Positions 25,091 through 36,078 of a stretch of 64,000 bases of DNA are shown here, one piece after another. Each line of letters opens with the position of its first letter. Position 1 is the first letter of the stretch. A model generated the notes under the pieces. That model was given only the letters and a program-made list of their open reading frames with translations, searched no databases and was not told where the DNA came from. The position numbers were made by a program, and so were the translations under genes. This stretch comes from Podospora anserina (lineage: Eukaryota): positions 930,001 to 994,000 of the forward strand of contig CM030336.1 of NCBI GenBank assembly GCA_017654855.1, written 5' to 3'.

Positions 25091-26245
25091 CTAAACAGAC
25101 AAATCCCCCCCCCAAACCTCCTTCGCAATCTCGACCTCCAGCCTCACCTTGGCCCACTGCTCCTCTTCGGTAAGATCATTCCCCTCCACCGTCGAGCTAA
25201 ACCCACACTGATGACTCAAGCAAAGCTGGTCCAGCCCCTGCGGACAATACCCCGCCGCCTCCTTCAGCCTCCTCTTGATATCCTCCTTGTCATCCAACGC
25301 GGCCTTCTTGCTGCTCATCACCCCCAAAACGACAATCTTTCCTTCGGGCAAGAACCTCAACGGCTGGAAATCGCCCGACCTCTGGTCGTCATACTCCAAA
25401 AAGTAAACATCCACATCCAGCTCCTTGAACAGCGTCTCCGCGACGGGTTCGTAACCGCCCTCGGCGAACCACTGAGACCGAAAGTTACCCCTGCAGAGGT
25501 GGATGCCGATAACCATATCCTTTGGCCTGCCCGCAATCGCCCGGTTGATCAACTTTGCGTACTGCTTCGTGAGGGCCTGGGGGTCGTCCACACCGTGGCG
25601 CTTGGCCGCCTCGGCGCGCATCCCCTCGTCGCAGAGGTACGCGAGGTTGGTATCGTCCAGCTGGACAAACCGACATCCAGCAGCGTAAAGGTCGGCAATT
25701 TCAGCCTGGTAGACTTGTACCAAGTCATCAAAGAATTCCGGGTCGAGGTTGGGGTAGGCCTCTGTAGAGATCGCCTCGCGACCACCACGGAAATGGACCA
25801 TGGTGGGGGAGGGGATGCAGACTTTGGTTGTGATCTTTGTCTTGCCGTCGGATACCTTGGCGACTTCCTTTTCGACAAACTTGTAGTCCTCTACCTGGAT
25901 GGCGTTTGGGTGGCCTAGCTTGCCCGAGACGACAATCTTGGGGGGTGTCACGCCGTGGGAGGTGACGTTGGTGGAGGAGAGGGAGCCGTGGCGCTCGACG
26001 CCGGCGAGGTGCTGGAGAAAGTCGATGTGGAACCAGGCGCGGCGGAACTCGCCGTCGGTGATGGACTGGAGGCCGGATTGGACCTGGGACTTGACCACGG
26101 TCGAGATGTGCTCGTCTTCGATGGCGCGGAGGGAGTCGAGCGTGATGGACTGGGTGTCGAGCTTTTCGCGGGCGTCGAGGATGGGTTTGGGGCGGAGGAA
26201 GGAGCCGACGTGGTCGGCGCGGTAGACGCCGGCGGGGAGGGGCAT
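25091..26245 (-). CDS. Single-barrel cobalamin-independent methionine synthase-like protein (YxjH-like, 384 aa)
   Basis: ATG at 26245. Motifs RADHVGSFLRP, ITDGEFRR, VQLDD, zinc ligands HLCRGN, FLEYD and CGFSS, and QWAKV. Intronless. Confidence 0.9.
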   Translation of the reverse strand: MPLPAGVYRADHVGSFLRPKPILDAREKLDTQSITLDSLRAIEDEHISTVVKSQVQSGLQSITDGEFRRAWFHIDFLQHLAGVERHGSLSSTNVTSHGVTPPKIVVSGKLGHPNAIQVEDYKFVEKEVAKVSDGKTKITTKVCIPSPTMVHFRGGREAISTEAYPNLDPEFFDDLVQVYQAEIADLYAAGCRFVQLDDTNLAYLCDEGMRAEAAKRHGVDDPQALTKQYAKLINRAIAGRPKDMVIGIHLCRGNFRSQWFAEGGYEPVAETLFKELDVDVYFLEYDDQRSGDFQPLRFLPEGKIVVLGVMSSKKAALDDKEDIKRRLKEAAGYCPQGLDQLCLSHQCGFSSTVEGNDLTEEEQWAKVRLEVEIAKEVWGGDLSV

Positions 26246-27400
26246 TTTGACTTTTTGTTTTGTGGTGGTGATACCGGGTCCGAGGGGTTGGGAAAAAAAT
26301 AGGCGTCTTTTACGGATGGGGACAACGAGAGAATGCTGAACGGGATGAACTTGACACACACTACGCACACACGTCAGAAGATGAGGAAGAGGGGGGTTAT
26401 ATACAACCGTCCCGTAGGTGAGGAGTAGAATGCCATTGTATGGAGAAAAGGACTTGGCAAAACCGAATTGTGGATCTCTAGATATCCATAGTCTGTTGAC
26501 TCCATCACCTTTCCCACTCCAACAACCTTCCTGTACCGGCATCTACGTCCTCTACCCGCTGTATCCGAATTAGCGATCGAATGGCAGCTCACCCATTATC
26601 GTCAGCCATGCCCCAAACGGGCCTGGTCTGCCTTCTTATGGTGCGGGGTAGTGGGACTATTCGCTCGTACCTTGCGCTGTGTTGTTTGCCTCCATCAGAC
26701 GGGAGTTGTATAGCGGAGAATAGATTCCCCTCATGGTGTGTGGTGCTGTTGAGGCTGATTTTGCTGCAGGTGGCGAGGAGACCAGTCCGGCAGTGCGGGG
26801 AGCGTGGTCCGGTTTGCCGAGACGCCCTAGGAGAGAAGCGACATGCGCCGGTCCGTGGGATGAAGGCTGGGCGCTTCGGCATATGGAGTTCAGCTGGGGG
26901 CGAGGAACACTTGTTCGGAGATCTGCGAGATGGCGATCGAAACAGCGACGATGGGAACTTGGGAGAGGGGAGATTTGTGCAGCCGCGCGGATGGTAGCTT
27001 TGGGGTGTTGCATCCTACGAACAACGTCAACGATTGGCCAATTGCAAACACCACACTCACCTTGATTTTGACCTGAAAACGAACCCCTCGAGACTCTGCC
27101 AATTGCCGTGAAGTTTCCAAACAGTCGTCAATGGCAGGTCGTTGTTGGCCGGCATCCGAGATCGCATTCAAAGTGGATCTCCAGGACCCCCCCCGTTTTC
27201 ACGTCTTGGCATCAACCTTGCACCGGATGGCATCATGTGAAATTGGACTCCACGCTGTCTTGAATGTCTAATTCCACATCTCTACCTCTACTCTGAGTAG
27301 GTTCATTCTTAGATCCCGCGGGAGCTTCAACACTCCGAATATGTAGCTACCTATATAGTCACACCCGACAAATTTTTTGGCTCAGTCTGTATCGGTCTCA

Positions 27401-27465
27401 CAAGGTGAGCAAAAGGTGAGCAAAAGGTGAGCAAAAGATGAGCGCCAGTGAGCATTACCCTGAGC
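27401..27465 (+). repeat. 11-bp tandem array (CAAAAGGTGAG)n decaying into TGAGC units
   Basis: caaggtgagc aaaaggtgagc aaaaggtgagc aaaagatgagc gccagtgagc attaccctgagc. Confidence 0.85.
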
Positions 27466-27658
27466 TGAAGTGTGTCCAAGGACCGTTCGGCTATACTTGC
27501 CGCAACCAAAACTGATCATAACTTTCGTTTTCTCCTTGCGCGTGCCAGTAGCCCGTTATTAAACCCACTAGAACGACTATTTATATTAGAATTGTAACTT
27601 TGCACATAGACGATTTTGTCTATTTTTCTAATAGAAGAAGACACTTATAAATTGCATA

Positions 27659-28262
27659 ACGTATATTATAAGCGAGCCACGCATATAAGCTAGCTCTGTA
27701 CTCTCCGTTACTCTACCACAGCTATCCTCAACTACACTATAACATTCGGAAACTACAAGAATTAAATTAGAAACAGATGAATTAGCTGATTCTGCAGCTT
27801 CCTAGCATGTACGTGTATCATAGCCAGACTTACCGCACACACTATAGCACTGAACTTTCGTACGAGCCCTTCCTGCATTACCGCTATCCTGCTGCGTTTC
27901 TTACGCTGCTTCCCCACCTACGGCCTTCTAGCCAAGTATATCATTTGCATTTTGTATACTAAGTGATCCTCCGAGCCGTACACGTGTTTTTTTAGCTCTT
28001 CGGCGTTTATTTAGTGCCTCGTTGGCCTTGTAGAGTAAAGTGTTCTCTGCGCGGAAAAGAGCTACGTAGTATATTATAGCTATTATACTTTTAGTAAGCT
28101 AGTCTACAGTAATTAATATTAAATTTGGGCGCTATTTTAATAGTTAGTAATGTAAGTCTTAATAAACGTTAACTACGAGTCAGCCTTTTAGGGGTTATAT
28201 AGTGTTTGGAAGACTTAAAGTTGTATAGTGCCGGATCGTAAGTTTAAAGGTGTTAGCGTACG
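27659..28262 (-). mobile_element. Truncated, RIP-mutated Fot1/pogo transposon 3' end, related to the 58691-60655 element
   Basis: TA followed by the degenerate TIR ACGTATATTATAAGCGAG.. at 27659. The minus strand reads KANEALNKRRRAKKTRVRLGGSL..CYSVCGKSGYDTRTC (CCHC tail) and aligns by eye with ~60060-60655. Confidence 0.88.
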
Positions 28263-28506
28263 ATGCTTTTCAGTAGTGTTATTTTTGTCGCTTGTCAGCT
28301 ATGAATGCGAACTTGGGTCTTGGTCCCTTGATGATTGTTTACTTTATTGGAAGATATAGTGTCTACCTAATAATATCTCCACTTATTACTCGACGACTTC
28401 CCGTCAACCTACAGTGCCCAACCACTTTCCAAGCGTCTTACATTCTAACCATCGACTTGTACATCTTGTCTCTTTGCACTTTTTATCAACAACATCAAAA
28501 CCAACC

Positions 28507-28917
28507 ATGGCCTCTCTCTTGAAGAAAGCTGCTGCGAAGGCCCCCCCTGCCAAAGCTCCTGCTGCCAAAGCTCCTGCTCCTGCTGCCAGGGCTCCTGCTG
28601 CCAGAGCCCCTCCAGCTGCTAGCACAGCAAACGGTACGCAATCCAGAAAGTTTCCAAGGATAATGCTCTTGTTGCTAACTTGGCTTCTTCCTCACCATAT
28701 AGTGCAGGCAGTGACCGCCGCAATGGCCAAAACCAACATTGGCAGCTCTCAGGGTGATCCCTGGGCAGCCCTCAAGGCGAAGAATCCTGCCATGTACGCC
28801 AAGATTATTGGGGCACAAGCGGCGAACGATGCTGCCATCAAAGCCGGCAAAATCAAGCCGTTCAAGGTCGTTATTGCCAAAGTCAGGGCTGCGGCCCCGG
28901 TCGTCGGAAAAAAGTAG
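28507..28917 (+). CDS. Small Lys/Ala/Pro-rich basic protein with AKAPA repeats; probable in-frame intron 28634-28708
   Basis: CAACCATGG start, 15-nt repeat units (GCCAAAGCTCCTGCT), and intron signals GTACGC..GCTAAC..CAG. Confidence 0.7.
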   Translation: MASLLKKAAAKAPPAKAPAAKAPAPAARAPAARAPPAASTANGTQSRKFPRIMLLLLTWLLPHHIVQAVTAAMAKTNIGSSQGDPWAALKAKNPAMYAKIIGAQAANDAAIKAGKIKPFKVVIAKVRAAAPVVGKK

Positions 28918-29400
28918 ATATCGGGACCAAGAGGATGGGAGGGGCAATGATCGGGCGGTCTGGTGACTTGGGGCGTTCAGAAACTATGCAATACAATTAG
29001 ATGATAGAGATGGTAACGGGGCTGGAACCCAGATTACTACATTTACTCACAAACTTATTGTCTGAATTGTGTTTTATCTTTCCAGGCGATGCGTTAAAGG
29101 GAATAGCAGCCCGGGATAACGTAATTGTGGTGATGAGACGCTATAGAGTTAATCCAGGTACGGCAGAGTACATAATAATATACCTCCGTAAGAGGCTAAG
29201 TTTTGGAGCACGACGCAAACTGCGCCGTTCTAAAGGATTCCGGGCCACCCCACCTTTACACCGAACAGTTCTTTAGGAGGGGTAGACGCTCACTGCCAGT
29301 TATATTATGTAACCCCCATTCCCAAACCTTCTTCGAAGTTCCATTGCAGCAGCCATCGCCCATCGTCATATCTATTCCATTAACTTCACCATCAACAAAA

Positions 29401-29892
29401 ATGGGCTCAACGACCATCATCCGCGGCTTCAAACTCTCCGTCGCAACCCTCGACGCCTTCCTCTCCGCCAACAATGTCGACGAAACATATGGAACCCCGC
29501 CCTTCTACGAGCACCACCTAGAAGACAAGGATCCTATCTCAAAGCTGCTCTTCTCTAAGATTTCCCACTTCGATCCCAACGCCGATAAAAATAAATTCCG
29601 CGTATTGATCCCCTCCATCGAAGGCATAGGCCGCGCTAAGACAGCGTATGTTGCTTACGCATGGGCTGCGGTACGGGTGCATCGCGAGGTTAAAATGGAC
29701 GAAGACCTGCCCGAGGAAATTCCCAAGGGGTTTGAAGAGCTTCGGCAGGAGATTCTGAGCTACTCCGGAAAAGGAGACGTGAAGGAGGAAGATAAGGTTC
29801 AGGAAGAGGGGAAGATTGGGATTTATTTGGTGGTTACCTATAATATTAGGGGGTATTATGGGAAAGAATTTTCAAGTAAGGAAGGTTTGTAA
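29401..29892 (+). CDS. Hypothetical protein (163 aa, MGSTTIIRGFKLSVATLDAFL...); 3' end shows RIP-like AT drift
   Basis: CAAAAATG start, gene-like codon usage and a globular-looking sequence. Confidence 0.75.
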   Translation: MGSTTIIRGFKLSVATLDAFLSANNVDETYGTPPFYEHHLEDKDPISKLLFSKISHFDPNADKNKFRVLIPSIEGIGRAKTAYVAYAWAAVRVHREVKMDEDLPEEIPKGFEELRQEILSYSGKGDVKEEDKVQEEGKIGIYLVVTYNIRGYYGKEFSSKEGL

Positions 29893-30029
29893 TATAAGGT
29901 TGTATGGAAGGGAGGTATACGGCGAAGAATTAAAGTGGAGGTCCGGAGGTTTTTAGAGATATTGTTAGAAACACGGTGCACTCTGCAATGGACCAAATAA
30001 TGGGGTTTTCAACTATGTGATTGATTTTT

Positions 30030-30497
30030 TACTATTAAACTAATTAGCTTAAGCTAGTTAACTAAAGAAATAATATATATATATATATTTATAACCGAAA
30101 GTATAATATTTCTCGAATAATATTATTTTTACAATGCCAGCCCGCTGTAATTATTTCTCATACGCTATAACTATTCCGTCCGTTAAATTTGAATTATATC
30201 TTATACTATTAATACTAAATATAATATCATTTATAAAATCCTTTGAAGTTTTAAAGTCGTAAAGGCTCGTACAGAGATAGTCTTCCGTATATTTAAAACG
30301 GATATTAAAAGCAGATAATTAATAGGAGATTAAGGACCTTACTGGTTCTACAAATTAACTATACGCTAATAACTTTTTATAATTTCATCCGTAATCTTTT
30401 CATAAACTACGGAACCATTTATTTCCTCCGTGTAATTTTCTAAGCCCCTATCTTTTTCCCGGCGAAAGAACTTTTGAGGGCTCTTCTTTTTCGGCAT
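30030..30497 (-). pseudogene. RIP-eroded N-terminus of a DUF3435 tyrosine recombinase (Starship captain-like)
   Basis: Manual translation from ATG 30497: MPKKKSPQKFFRREKDRGLENYTEEINGSVVYEKITDEIIKSY*RIVNL*NQ|YTEDYLCTSLYDFKTSKDFINDIIFSINS..IVIAYEK*(F)TAGW..RNIILSVIN, with intron 30293-30342. This resembles the recalled DUF3435 pattern W-K-x-F-T-A-G-W..ITLSVTN. Confidence 0.65.
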
Positions 30498-30875
30498 TAT
30501 AAAAGGTATAGCAGAGAGCTAGTGTAGCGAAAATGTAAGGCCGATAACGATGAAGTGTGTAAAGAAAAGTTTTGCGGCAGTGATATAGACATAGGTGGAT
30601 GGGAGAGAAGTCGTGTGGTAGGTGGTAAGACGGATGGAATAGCCTCTTTATGTAGCCAGAACTGGAAGAAGAAAAGTCGCGCAGAAGGCAGGTAGGGAGT
30701 GACGGATTTATCATATCAAAATAGCTACCACGTCCCAGAGTCCCCTAAAACGGAGAGCAAATACGCTGGCGAGCCCATTTCTTGGTCCCCGTTTTGGCGG
30801 AAGATTCGTCCCTGTAGGAGAGGGAGACTCCACGGATTATAAGAGCGTCGCGTAAAGTTGGCGATTTTGGAGAAT

Positions 30876-30932
30876 GACGAGCGTAGGGTGAGCGGTGGTG
30901 AGCTCAAGGTGAGCCGAGGGTGAAGCGAGCCT
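30876..30932 (+). repeat. GGTGAGC array with 10-12 bp spacing
   Basis: tagggtgagc ggtggtgagc tcaaggtgagc cgagggtgaagc gagc. Confidence 0.7.
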
Positions 30933-32267
30933 GATGTTGGGCTAACCGTGCTCGGACGAGACAAAAATGTTTTTAGAGACCGACTACCCAGGTAGGTACT
31001 CAGTAATTTTCATCACGTCATGCCCAAACCCCAACTCATGTCCGGCCGAGAGAAAAACGGCTACACGCATCACAAGACTCGGGGATTTAAACTTTTCAAT
31101 CTATCTGGTACCTCCCCGTCATCAAGGCGGTTTTAAAGCTCTCGCCTTATACTATACAACCGTGATACGGAGCACCATGGTACAAAAACCCCCGTATCGT
31201 CACTGCAGGCGACCGTGTCACTGTTCCGCTATTCTTCATTTCAAATTACCCGCTTCCTCGTACCACAGCATTGTGCCTGTTTCGTTGGGACGCCGCGTTG
31301 TCGTTGAGACTGTGTCACCTGCGGTGATGAGAATTTTGAGATCGACTCATGTGGTTTGAGAGGAGAGTGGGGTGAGTGAGAGTAGGTGGTGAGTGAGTGA
31401 AGTTGATGAGGTAAGCAGTAACTGCCGCTGAAGACTGTGGGGATGTCGATCATCGAAACGTCCCCTGAAAATCTTTTCTGTATCCTTGGCTCGTTCCTGC
31501 AGCACATGTAAGACAATTCATTGAAGATTTCTCACTGTTGCAGTTCCCGTCGTGATGGGACAAGGAAGTTTCCGCAGCGGTTGCTTCCGTGTAGTTTGGG
31601 GCTCTTCAATGAAAACAAAGATCACACAGAAATCACATGCAAAATCCCGGAGACGACAACATTGTCTTTTTGAAGAATGTAGATATGGTGTCCCGCATCG
31701 GAACAAGAGAAATTAGAAGTTATTATACACATAGGGAATGAGGTAATTCGCAAAACATGAGAACAAAAAGCCACCACCCATTTACACGTAGAGGGTTTAA
31801 GTAACCTTTTGCCCATGGCTGCGCTTTCCATCAACAATAAAAACACACGAGATATACCACTCATCAAGGTCACACCTTCCCGTCAGTCACCCGGGGAAAG
31901 TTCACCAAGAAAAGCCAGTTTCAAACCATCCAATCATCAAGAACAAATGCCTCCTTGTCATGTCGCCCTCGTCCTCGTCAAGTCATCTCTGTGATGGGTT
32001 TTCTTTTTTTTTGTGAAAGAACTCTTCTTTATTTGTTGTTTCTCCAAAAGTGTCGAAACTAGAGGGAAAAAAAAACTCGTTTGTCGCTGCAACGAACGCG
32101 CTCGCGATATGGGGTATATGATATCAGACCAGAACGACTTCTCCTGCATCCTCCGAAAAAGCCAAAGCCACCACAACTATTCCTCTTCCTCTTGACGACA
32201 CACCAAAAGCACTCGTCTATTCTTCATAGATGGTTGGAAAAGCCGAATCGAGCAAAAAGAAGCCGAT

Positions 32268-34073
32268 TTAAACAGACTCCTGCTTGAGGTAGGCGCTGTT
32301 GGTGGGCTGAGACCCGGCAAAGGTGGTGTGGGGCTTCCACTTGGCCGAGGTGCGGGGGGTGGTCTCCTCCATCATCTTGTCGACCTGCTCGAGGGAGAGA
32401 CCCTTGGTCTCGGGGACGAAGAGGAAGGTGTAGATCAAGGCAAAGGTACAGAGGGCGCCCCAGACGAAGAAGACGGACGACTTCATGTTGCCCTTGTCGG
32501 TACCGACCATGTAGGGGGTGATGACGGCGATGATGGTGTTCCAGAGCCAGTTGGAGGCGGTCGAGAGACCAACGCCACGGGAGCGGATCGGCAGAGGGAA
32601 GATCTCACCAATGAGAATCCAGGCGCCGGGACCCCAGGTGGAGGCGAAGAAGAAGATGAAGATCGCAATGAAGGCGATCTGCGCGTTAACGGCAGAGATG
32701 TTGTTGGCGAGGGTGCGCTCGGGATCCTCCGCCGTGGGGGCGGGGAAGGTGTGGTTGAAGCCGACCGTGACACCGATGATGGCGACGAGGAACTGACAGA
32801 TGAGCATGCCAAGAGCGCCCCAGAGGAGGATGGTGCGGCGACCGAAACGCTCAACGGTCCAGAAGGAGATGGGGGTCGAGCACACGTTGATGACGGTGAA
32901 GATCATGGAGATGACGAACGAGTTGGAAATGGCACCGGTGGACTTGAGGAAGGGGGTCGAGTAGTAGAAGATGAAGTTGACACCAGTCCTAAACGCAAAA
33001 GACATGTTAGCCAGCCGATCTTTTTGATTTTCTCTTTCGCGTCTTGTTCAGTAGAAACCTACCACTGCTGCATCATCTGAAGAGAGGTACCGAGGATGGT
33101 CTTGCGAAGGTTGGAGTTGGCCTTGAAGAGGGAGCCCTTGAAGCAGTTGGCCCACGAGCCGAACCAGGTGGTGTTGGGAATGAGCTGACGCTCGTACTCC
33201 TCGTTGGCGACAATCTCGGCAAGCTCGACCTGGATGTACTCAGAGTCCTTGGGCTGGCCACGGAGGCGAGCGAGAGCATCGGTGGCGGCGGGAAGGTTGG
33301 CCTTCTTGACAAAGTAACGGGGAGAGTCGGGGAGCATCATGAGACCACCAGCGAGGATGATGGCCCAGAGGAACTGGATGGCAATGGGAATGCGATACGA
33401 GCCAGTGTCGGTTCTACCCTCAGTGGCGTACACAACGCAAGCAGCCAACATGATACCGATGGTGATGCAGAATTGGTAACCAGCGACCAGAGCTCCACGG
33501 ACCTTGCGGGGGCACTGTGAAGCAGAAGCAGTTAGCACACACATTGGCATCCCTTGGCTCCGGCGAATATCTCCTACTTACAATCTCGGACATGTACAGA
33601 ATGACGACAGCAGACTCGAAACCGACACCGATACCAGCGATCAAGCGACCGGCAACGATGGCAGCGAGGGGATCACCGAGGCCAGTGATCATCTGAATGA
33701 CAACACCGATGATATAGATGAGGCAGCCGAGAATCACAGTCCACTTGCGACCAATCCAGTCGGCGGCGTCACCAGCAATGAGAGCGCCGAAGAAGGTACC
33801 GCAGGAGAGAATAGAGACGATGAGCGAAGTCCGGGACTCGGAAACAGCCTTGGCACCGGCGAATTCGACGGCGTCGATGAAGATCTGGGAGCCGAGGACA
33901 CCGTTGATGTAACCGGAGTCGTAGCCGAAGAAAATACCACCAAAGGAAGCGAAGGCGCAGAGGAGGTAGGCCTTCCAGGTGACGGGAGCCTCAATACGCT
34001 CGACGTCCTGGGTAGTAGCCAGGCCGCCGACGTGGGAGGCGGCCGGGGCCTCCTTCTCGTCGTGAGTCGACAT
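32268..34073 (-). CDS. MFS sugar porter (high-affinity hexose/pentose transporter); introns ~33514-33581 and ~32989-33062
   Basis: FGGIFFGYDSG, DWIGRK, GRLIAGIGVG, PDSPRY, QQWTGVNFIFYY, ERFGRR, EIFPLPIRS and PETKG. Confidence 0.95.
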
Positions 34074-36051
34074 GATGATGAAAAAGGTTTCTTATACGCC
34101 TTGCTCGATGAAGAGATTGTATTGTCGATATGGTGGTGGGGGAGGGGCGATGCCTTCTCTTGGTTGTGTAAGTGGTAACCGTGACCCGAGGGGTTGGATC
34201 GATGGGAAAGGGTGTAGAGCGGGATGGGGAGAAGAAAAGAAGCTCGACCGGTGAGACGGGAGAGAGGGTTGTGATATTTGAAGTGAATGACAAGCGGGTG
34301 CCACTGGGATGGAAGGGCCTTTGGATTTTTTGGCTGGCATGGGTTACATCTCTTTGGGTTCCAGGTTTTGGAGCATGTCACTCTGCGGAGCGTTGGCTGC
34401 TCCTGGCCAGTCAGGAGACGCGGAGTACTGGGGAAGAGTCCATTACCCCCGACTTGGCAAAAGTATGCTTGGGGTATTTCGCCGCGTTCCCGCCGGGACG
34501 ACTGCATTGTTTGCGGGGACCCTACTTACAAGGTGGCTTCGAATATGATGCATAGGGTTGGCCAAGCTCACCATGTAGCTCGGTAGCTATGGGGTCCATG
34601 CAGAATACCGCCGAGCATCTGAGGCACCCCCCTGGCCCATTGCGACTCTTGCAACGCCCGGGGACACGCCGGTCGACTGCTAGCCGGTCCTCTTCGTCCC
34701 ATCTCTTACCACTCCCCCGGGCTTGCTCCAGCTTCCACCGAGCCACCCCAGAAGCCGCCGGCCCTCTCGACGTTGCAGCTCCCGTGGCCGCGGTGCCCCG
34801 TGTGTGTGTGTGGTGGTGCACACCACCTTGAGCCTAGAACGGGGGTGGTCAGGCAGGCAAACGAGCAGCATAAATTGACCGAGTCGGTCCGGAGCGTTGC
34901 ATCTACACTTGCTCGCCTAACCCCAGATCTTGCGTTGGCCTCGATGAGATGAGCCTGGGGGGAGAGGCGGAATTCAGGCGGATGGCGGATGCGGGTTGTG
35001 TAAGGTACGGTAATATTACCGTGGCATTCCACGCTTGTGACAGTCTCTTCCGTTCCCGAGGCCAACCCCCGACCGAACGCGGGCTGGTTCGGCCCCACCG
35101 ACCAAAGCCGCTGACATTCAGGATGGCCCATGGCAGACACATGATGGCTCCAAAGAAACTTTGCCGTGAACCTTGCCGCCGGGTTTGGGTCACCATTGCC
35201 CTCGTGAGGCTCCATAGTGACCCCCATACAACGATGACGGCCTCAGCACTTACAACGATACACTAAACTACATGGCTACAGTACATTCCACAGGGTTTGG
35301 TGATGGCCACGTGCGCCAAGTCCCTGAACAGCATCATCACCTGTTTCCGGTATTGTCTTGTATGAGCTTGTCTCGATCGTTGAAGATAAGCGGGTTGTGC
35401 GGCTCCCTCACAAGCGAGCGCCAACTTCAACCGCTAGGACCGATCAGAGGATTGTTTCTTTTTTTTTCTCGCTGGCACATGTCGCGTGGTCGCCAGAATG
35501 TGGAAGGCTTGCCGAGCGTATTGGATCGTGAAATCGTCGCGCCACCAAAAAAAAACAAAAACGGCACCACTCGGCCATTGGCACGGCGATACTTTTTGAA
35601 CTACAGCCCATAAGGGCCATCACGCTTCGGACTCGTCAAGTCAGCACCAGTCAACTGACCCGTGCCTTTGGAGCCGTTGGGCTGCACGTCAAAAGGCAAC
35701 TGGCCAGAAGGACGTTGGCGCGATGGGTCTTCAATATTGGCTAGCCCGGAGCATTAGCCAAGAAGGCAAGGAGTCGCCGGCTAAAAACGGTCCTTTTCTG
35801 GGGACTTTTTCTTGTCATTTCCCCGTGCCCCAGTTTTTGTTGTTTGGGGTCCCCATGGGTAAAAAGCTCAAACCCCAGATTCACCTGGAAAAACTTGGAG
35901 AAATTCGGGGAAGCTCCATCATGCTCATCGCCATACTTGCATTTTTCACCGATCATCTGGGGAATAGCGGGCATTGTGTGGGATACACTATCTGGGGAAC
36001 AGGGGGAGTCGGAAAAACTTCTTGACAATAGTTTCTCGATGAGAGTCCGGA

Positions 36052-36078
36052 CTGGAGAGCCTGGAGAGTCTGGAGAGG
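36052..36078 (+). promoter_or_regulatory. Triple tandem CTGGAG (SYGGRG, CreA/CRE-1 consensus) upstream of the sugar transporter
   Basis: CTGGAGAGC CTGGAGAGT CTGGAGAGG at 36052, 36061 and 36070. Confidence 0.35.

Larger units (their letters stand above)
27353..30983 (-). mobile_element. Putative derelict mini-Starship (DUF3435 captain relic plus cargo)
   Basis: Direct repeats CTACCT (27347-27352) and CTACCC (30984-30989), imperfect terminal inverted similarity, GGTGAGC arrays at both ends, and a captain-like relic starting ~490 nt inside the right end. Confidence 0.6.

Noticed and set aside
24836-25918. 360-aa plus-strand ORF
   Set aside because: Antisense shadow of the GC3-rich MetE-like gene, with no start context or motifs.
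27353-30983. Spok meiotic-drive gene in the putative Starship
   Set aside because: Neither cargo ORF has the size or the coiled-coil/nuclease/kinase architecture of Spok proteins.
27356-30986. hAT or Pack-type element interpretation (TAG termini plus subterminal repeats)
   Set aside because: No 8-bp TSD (TACCTATA versus CCCAGGTA), and the internal relic resembles a DUF3435 recombinase rather than a hAT transposase.
32328-34178. Long plus-strand ORFs (250, 158 and 224 aa)
   Set aside because: Antisense shadows of the strongly codon-biased sugar transporter.
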